Assembly (NCBI GenBank): GCA_964016885.1 | Contig: OZ024744.1 | Coordinates: 93,124,001 to 93,188,000, forward strand | DNA length: 64,000 bases | Direction: 5' to 3' | Source: Eledone cirrhosa | Lineage: Eukaryota | Part shown: positions 55,934 to 64,000 of the stretch, one piece after another | How positions within the stretch are numbered: the first letter of the stretch is position 1 | How the letters are laid out: every line of letters starts with the position of its first letter | Program-made: the position numbers and the translations under genes | Notes under the pieces: model-generated | Told to the model about the DNA's origin: nothing | Database searches by the model: none | Seen by the model: the letters and a program-made list of their open reading frames with translations, nothing else

Positions 55934-55975
<42 letters not shown>

Positions 55976-55986
55976 TATAATATATA

Positions 55987-56025
<39 letters not shown>

Positions 56026-56050
56026 TAATATATAATATATATATATATTA

Positions 56051-56092
<42 letters not shown>

Positions 56093-56099
56093 TATAATA

Positions 56100-56139
<40 letters not shown>

Positions 56140-56253
56140 TAATATATAATATATATATATATTATATATATATTATATATATTATATATATATTATATAT
56201 ATAATATATATTATATATATAATATATATATTATATATATATATATATATATA

Positions 56254-56306
<53 letters not shown>

Positions 56307-56448
56307 ATATATATTATATATATATTATATATATATTATATATATAATATATATTATATATATAATATATATATTATATATATATATATTATATATATAT
56401 TATATATATATTATATATATATTATATATATATTATATATATACACAT
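53057..56448. repeat. Pure A/T (TA)n satellite
   Basis: Direct inspection. Confidence 0.95.
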
Positions 56449-56849
56449 ATAAAATATTAAAAAATAATGAATAAAACAATGAAACAGTTCCTTATATTAA
56501 CAAAAAAAGTTCATTATTTAACGATCGTTTCTAGGATATATATGTGTTAGAATTGGCATGCATATTCAACAGATATATGTACAAAATTATACAAACTATC
56601 AAAATTAAATATACATACCAAACACATATATATGCCGTCTTCTGAAGACGGCATATATATGTGTTTGGTATGTATATTTAATTTTGATAGTTTGTATAAT
56701 TTTGTATAATTTTGTACATATATCTGTTGAATATGCATGCCAATTCTAACACATATATATCCTAGAAACGATCGTTAAATAATGAACTTTTTTTGTTTAA
56801 TATAAGGAACTGTTTCATTGTTTTATTCATTATTTTTTTAATATTTTAT
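56449..56849. repeat. Near-perfect ~400 bp palindrome (arms ~195/205 bp, 1-nt spacer at 56643)
   Basis: Centre ...tatatgccgtcttc-t-gaagacggcatata.... The arms are reverse-complementary out to ataaaatattaa/ttaatattttat; the right arm has an extra tttgtataat. Confidence 0.97.
56642..56780 (+). ncRNA. Hammerhead-ribozyme-like motif (type I topology, very long stem II, palindromic minimal stem III)
   Basis: CTGAAGA at 56642-56648. Stem II: atatatatgtgtt/aacacatatatat plus tggtatgtatatttaa/ttgaatatgcatgcca with G-U pairs. GAAACGATCGTT at 56765-56776. The 5' strand of stem I is largely missing. Confidence 0.6.
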
Positions 56850-56982
56850 CTTGACTCTGTATTCCGTTTATCTTTCACCGAAAGTGATTTTTCATTGCAT
56901 CTCTTCTTTCCATGATATCCGGATTACATTGAGTTCTTCATACGGATTGGACACTACCGTAAACTCTTGGTAGATTTATCTA

Positions 56983-57023
56983 CATATACACATATATATA
57001 TATAATATATATATTATATATAT

Positions 57024-57078
<55 letters not shown>

Positions 57079-57441
57079 ATATATATATTATATATATAAT
57101 ATATATATTATATATATATATTATATATATAATATATATATTATATATATAATATATATATATATATTATATATATAATATATATATTATATATATAATA
57201 TATATATATATATTATATATATAATATATATATTATATATATAATATATATATATATATTATATATATAATATATATATTATATATATAATATATATATA
57301 TATATTATATATATAATATATATATTATATATATTATATATATATATATTATATATATAATATATATATTATATATATAATATATATATATATTATATAT
57401 ATAATATATATATATATTATATATATAATATATATATATAT

Positions 57442-57504
<63 letters not shown>

Positions 57505-57947
57505 ATATATATATATACATATATATATATATAATATATACATATATATATATAATATATACATATATATATATACATATATATATATAATATATACATA
57601 TATATATATATACATATATATATATTATATATATTATATATATAATACATATATTATAGATATATATTATATATATATATATCATATATATTATATATTA
57701 TATATATATATATTATATATATATATTATATATTATATATATATATATTATATATTATATATATTATATATATTATATATTATATATTATATATATTATA
57801 TATATTATATATATTATATATATTATATATATTATATATATTATATATATTATATATATTATATATATTATATATATACATATATATATATTATATATAT
57901 ATATATATAATATAATATATATATACATATATATATAATATACATAT

Positions 57948-57979
<32 letters not shown>

Positions 57980-59029
57980 CATACATACATATAATATATA
58001 TACATACATACATATAATATATATACATACATACATATAATATATATACATACATACATATAATATATATACATACATACATATAATATATATACATACA
58101 TACATATAATATATATACATACATACATATAATATATATACATACATACATATAATATATATACATACATACATATAATATATATACATACATATAATAT
58201 ATATACATACATACATATAATATATATACATACATATAATATATATACATACATACATATAATATATATACATACATATAATATATATACATACATACAT
58301 ATAATATATATACATACATACATATAATATATATACATACATACATACATATAATATATATATATATATATATGTATGTATATATATTATATGTATGTAT
58401 GTATATATATTATATGTATGTATGTATATATATTATATGTATGTATATATATTATATGTATGTATGTATATATATTATATGTATGTATATATATTATATG
58501 TATGTATGTATATATATTATATGTATGTATATATATTATATGTATGTATGTATATATATTATATGTATGTATGTATATATATTATATGTATGTATGTATA
58601 TATATTATATGTATGTATGTATATATATTATATGTATGTATGTATATATATTATATGTATGTATGTATATATATTATATGTATGTATGTATATATATTAT
58701 ATGTATGTATGTATATATATTATATGTATGTATGTATATATATTATATGTATGTATGTATATATATTATATGTATGTATGTATATATATTATATGTATGT
58801 ATGTATATATATTATATGTATGTATGTATATATATTATATGTATGTATGTATATATATTATATGTATGTATGTATATATATTATATGTATGTATGTATAT
58901 ATATTATATGTATGTATGTATATTATATGTATGTATGTATATATATTATATGTATGTATGTATATATATTATATGTATGTATGTATATATATTATATGTA
59001 TGTATGTATATATATTATATGTATGTATG

Positions 59030-59041
<12 letters not shown>
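56983..59041. repeat. TA/CATA/TATG satellite containing an inverted 23-bp minisatellite
   Basis: (atatatacatacatacatataat)n at ~57975-58355, then its reverse complement at ~58372-59040. Confidence 0.95.
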
Positions 59042-59060
<19 letters not shown>

Positions 59061-60567
59061 GAAATTATTGTGTACAGTGCTCAGGTGCACTACAACTCAT
59101 CAAAGGTGCATGTATAGTACATAGAATAATGTACAAATGTCAGGAAAATGAACAGTGTATGAGTCATGATATAATAATGATAACAATAATGAAATATTGT
59201 GCACAGTGCCCAGGTGCACCACAACTCATCAAAAAAGTGCATGTACAGTACATAGGGCAATGCACAAACATCAGTAAAATGAACAGTGCACGAGTCATGA
59301 TACACACATGTGTGCATGTGTATGGAAGGGGTACATCAGGTGCAGTTTTGGCGTATTTCGGGAAGCATGAGTGTCTTAAAGGATGCAGTGTCTCGGCAGC
59401 TAACAATTGACGCAGGCAGTTTGTTCCATGCTTCAGCAACTCTGAGCGTGAAAAAATGTCTGCGAAAGTCATGGGGAGCTGTGCTGTTTTCTTATCTTGT
59501 AGGCATGTCCATGTGTGTTAGACACATGGAGATCAAAGAGGCGCTCAGGGTTGCAGTTGGCGAGATGGTTAAAAACTTTGTGGGTATTCACCAAGTCCAT
59601 TGCCAGACGTCGGAGCTTCAATGAATCCATGCCCAAGGAAGCAAGGCATTCAGAGTATGGTAGGTGTCTGATGGAGGGTATGCGCTTGGTTGCACGTCTC
59701 TGAACAGTTTCCAGGAGGTCAATGTTCCGAGCAAGATAGGGGTTCCAGACTGATGATGCGAATTCCAAGTGTGGTCGCACCATAGCTGTATACAGTTTTA
59801 AATAGATGGCTGGAGAGCGGCTAACAAAGGTCTTGCTGAGTGATGCCAAGACACCCTCGGCCTTCTTGACAATCTTAGAGACATGCTTTGTCCAACGTAA
59901 ATCATTGCTGACAGTAATGCCCAGGTCACGTTCACAAGAGGACTTTTTGATGTCAGTGTTGTGGAGGGAGTATGTGGACGCTGGATTTTTCCTTCCAAAA
60001 TGCATGGTGGTACACTTGTCCACAGCCAGCTTCAGTTGCCAGTCTGTGATCCATTGCTGCATTGTGTCCAGGTCTGATTGCAGGAAAGAGTTGTAAATTT
60101 CAGGATCAGTCCTTTTGATTTCAAGGTACAGCTTGATGTCATCTGCATATTTTAGTACCGTGGCATTCTGTAAGTTGGCATCTATGTCATTAATATATGC
60201 CACAAACAAAAGAGGACCAAGAACAGATCCCTGTGGTACACCAGATGACATCTCATATGGTGAAGAATGCTGTCCTAGAACCGTGACTACTTCCTTTCGG
60301 CTGAGAATGAAGGATTTCAGCCAGTCGAAAAGATCATCCCTCACACCCATTGCAGAGAGTTTTGCCATAAGTCTTTTGTGTGGCACAGAATTAAAAGCCT
60401 TAGCAAAGTCAAGGTAAACAACATCCACCCATGAGCCGTTGTCAGTGATCCGGGTGATGTCCTCAAGAAACTCGATAAGCTGATCACAGCAGCTGGAATT
60501 AGGGATAAATCCAAACTGTGAGGGCCGGATGAGGCTGTGAGAGCTCCAGAAGTTCCAAAGTGTTTCA
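59042..60567 (-). mobile_element. 5'-truncated CR1/L2-group LINE with RT domain and (ATT)n tail
   Basis: Open frame from ~60566: SQFGF..SC.DQL, YLDFAKAFNSVPH, GVPQGSVLGPLLF..YIND, YADD, ERDLGI, RPHLEFASSVWNP. One frameshift near 59475, then FFTLRVAEAWNKLP. Confidence 0.95.
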
Positions 60568-63500
60568 TGTATGTATATATATTATATATATGTATATATA
60601 TTATATATATGTATGTATATTATATGTATGTATGTATATTATATGTATGTATGTATATTATATATATGTATGCATGTATATTATATATATGTATGTATGT
60701 ATATTATATATATGTATGTATGTATATTGTATGTATGTATGTATGTATGTATGTATGTATGTATGTATATTATATGTATGTATGTATGTATATTATATAT
60801 ATGTATGTATGTATATTATATATATGTATGTATGTATATTATATATATGTATGTATGTATATTATATATATGTATGTATGTATGTATATTATATATATGT
60901 ATGTATGTATATTATATATATGTATGTATGTATATTATATATATGTATGTATGTATATTATATATATGTATGTATGTATATTATATATATGTATGTATGT
61001 ATATTATATATATGTATGTATGTATATTATATATATGTATGTATGTATATTATATATATGTATGTATGTATATTATATATATGTATGTATGTATATTATA
61101 TATATGTATGTATGTATATTATATATATGTATGTATGTATATTATATATATGTATGTATGTATATTATATATATGTATGTATGTATATTATATATATGTA
61201 TGTATGTATATTATATATATGTATGTATGTATATTATATATATGTATGTATGTATATTATATATATGTATGTATGTATATTATATATATGTATGTATGTA
61301 TATTATATATATGTATGTATGTATATTATATATATGTATGTATGTATATTATATATATGTATGTATGTATATTATATATATGTATGTATGTATATTATAT
61401 ATATGTATGTATGTATATTATATATATGTATGTATGTATATTATATATATGTATGTATGTATATTATATATATGTATGTATGTATATTATATATATGTAT
61501 GTATGTATATTATATATATGTATGTATGTATATTATATATATGTATGTATGTATATTATATATATGTATGTATGTATATTATATATATGTATGTATGTAT
61601 ATTATATATATGTATGTATGTATATTATATATATGTATGTATGTATATTATATATATGTATGTATGTATATTATATATATGTATGTATGTATATTATATA
61701 TATGTATGTATGTATATTATATATATGTATGTATGTATATTATATATATGTATGTATGTATATTATATATATGTATGTATGTATATTATATATATGTATG
61801 TATGTATATTATATATATGTATGTATGTATATTATATATATGTATGTATGTATATTATATATATGTATGTATGTATATTATATATATGTATGTATGTATA
61901 TTATATATATGTATGTATATTATATTATATATATGTATGTATGTATATTGTATGTATGTATGTATATTATATTATATATATGTATGTATATTATATTATA
62001 TATATGTATGTATATTATATTATATATATGTATGTATGTATATTATATTGTTTGTATGTATATTATATTGTTTGTATGTATATTATATTGTTTGTATGTA
62101 TATTATATTATATGTATGTATGTATATTATATTATATATATCTATGTATGTATATTATATTATATGTATGTATGTATGTATATTATATTATATGTATGTA
62201 TGTATATTATATTATATGTATGTATGTATATTATATTATATGTATGTATGTATATTATATTATATTATATTATATGTATGTATGTATATTATATTATATT
62301 ATATTATATAATATATATGTATTTATATTATATATATGTATGTATGTATATTATATTATATTATATATATGTATGTATGTATATTATATTATATTATATA
62401 TATGTATGTATGTATATTATATTATATTATATATATGTATGTATGTATATTATATTATATTATATGTATGTATGTATATTATATTATATATATGTATGTA
62501 TGTATATTATATTATATATATGTATGTATTTATATTATATTATATATATGTATGTATGTATATTATATTATATATATGTATGTATGTATATTATATATAT
62601 ATATGTATGTATGTATATTATATTATATATATGTATGTATGTATATTATATTATATATATGTATGTATGTATATTATATTATATATATGTATGTATGTAT
62701 ATTATATATATGTATGTATGTATATTATATATATGTATGTATGTATATTATATATATGTATGTATGTATATTATATATATGTATGTATGTATATTATATA
62801 TATGTATGTATATTATATATATGTATGTATGTATATTATATATATGTATGTATGTATATTATATATATGTATGTATGTATATTATATATATGTATGTATG
62901 TATATTATATATATGTATGTATGTATATTATATATATGTATGTATGTATATTATATATATGTATGTATGTATATTATATATATGTATGTATGTATATTAT
63001 ATATATGTATGTATGTATATTATATATATGTATGTATGTATATTATATATATGTATGTATGTATATTATATATATGTATGTATGTATATTATATATATGT
63101 ATGTATGTATATTATATATATGTATGTATGTATATTATATATATGTATGTATGTATATTATATATATGTATGTATGTATATTATATATATGTATGTATGT
63201 ATATTATATTATATATATCTATGTATGTATATTATATTATATGTATGTATGTATGTATATTATATTATATGTATGTATGTATATTATATTATATGTATGT
63301 ATGTATATTATATTATATGTATGTATGTATATTATATTATATTATATTATATGTATGTATGTATATTATATTATATTATATTATATAATATATATGTATT
63401 TATATTATATATATGTATGTATGTATATTATATTATATTATATATATGTATGTATGTATATTATATTATATTATATATATGTATGTATGTATATTATATT

Positions 63501-63910
63501 ATATTATATGTATGTATGTATATTATATTATATATATGTATGTATGTATATTATATTATATATATGTATGTATTTATATTATATTATATATATGTATGTA
63601 TGTATATTATATTATATATATGTATGTATGTATATTATATATATATATGTATGTATGTATATTATATATATATATGTATGTATGTATATTATATTATATA
63701 TATGTATGTATGTATATTATATTATATATATGTATGTATGTATATTATATTATATATATGTATGTATGTATATTATATATATGTATGTATGTTATATTAT
63801 ATTATATATATGTATGTATGTATATTATAGTATATGTATGTATGTATGTATATTATAGTATATGTATGTATGTATTTTATAGTATATGTATGTATATTAT
63901 ATATATATAT
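60568..63910. repeat. 23-bp minisatellite (attatatatatgtatgtatgtat)n and variants
   Basis: TT marker at 61096, 61119 and 61142 (period 23). Confidence 0.95.
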
Positions 63911-64000
63911 GAAGGTAGCTTGGAAGTGTCACTACGAAAGGCTACTAAATGAGGAGAATAAATGGGAGAAAGACAGTCTCCCCCACATCGATCCAATAGA
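63911..64000 (+). mobile_element. Start of another 5'-truncated RTE LINE (runs off the window)
   Basis: The frame from 63912 reads KVAWKCHYERLLNEENKWEKDSLPHIDPI, matching the RTE EN-RT linker motif W..Y.E.LLNEEN. Confidence 0.75.

Larger units (their letters stand above)
56449..56982 (+). mobile_element. Probable Penelope-like element terminal repeat (pLTR) with inverted 5' copy, inserted in (TA)n
   Basis: Hammerhead core + inverted duplication + ~130 bp unpaired tail ending in the small hairpin gtagat-tt-atctac. No ORF. Confidence 0.55.

Overview
This is a very AT-rich, repeat-saturated eukaryotic window with no recognisable host protein-coding gene. The SINE, RTE and CR1 repertoire and the microsatellite load look like a cephalopod (probably Octopus) genome; this is an inference. 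Positions 1-23 kb hold old interspersed repeats: tRNA-derived SINEs, RTE fragments, an R4/Dong-type LINE remnant, a Penelope GIY-YIG remnant, TTAA-flanked piggyBac-type MITEs, and a U6 snRNA pseudogene fused to a SINE. From ~23 kb to the end lies a ~35 kb compound (TA)n satellite field with a 200-N gap at 45271-45470. It is punctuated almost only by young, 5'-truncated retroelements: three CR1/L2-group LINEs, several RTE copies, and a ~400 bp fold-back palindrome centred exactly on the CTGAAGA core of a hammerhead-ribozyme-like motif (Penelope pseudo-LTR-like). The long poly-YI/YM/HI ORFs are microsatellite translation artefacts. Family assignments come from recognised motifs, not database searches, and boundaries of degenerate elements are approximate.
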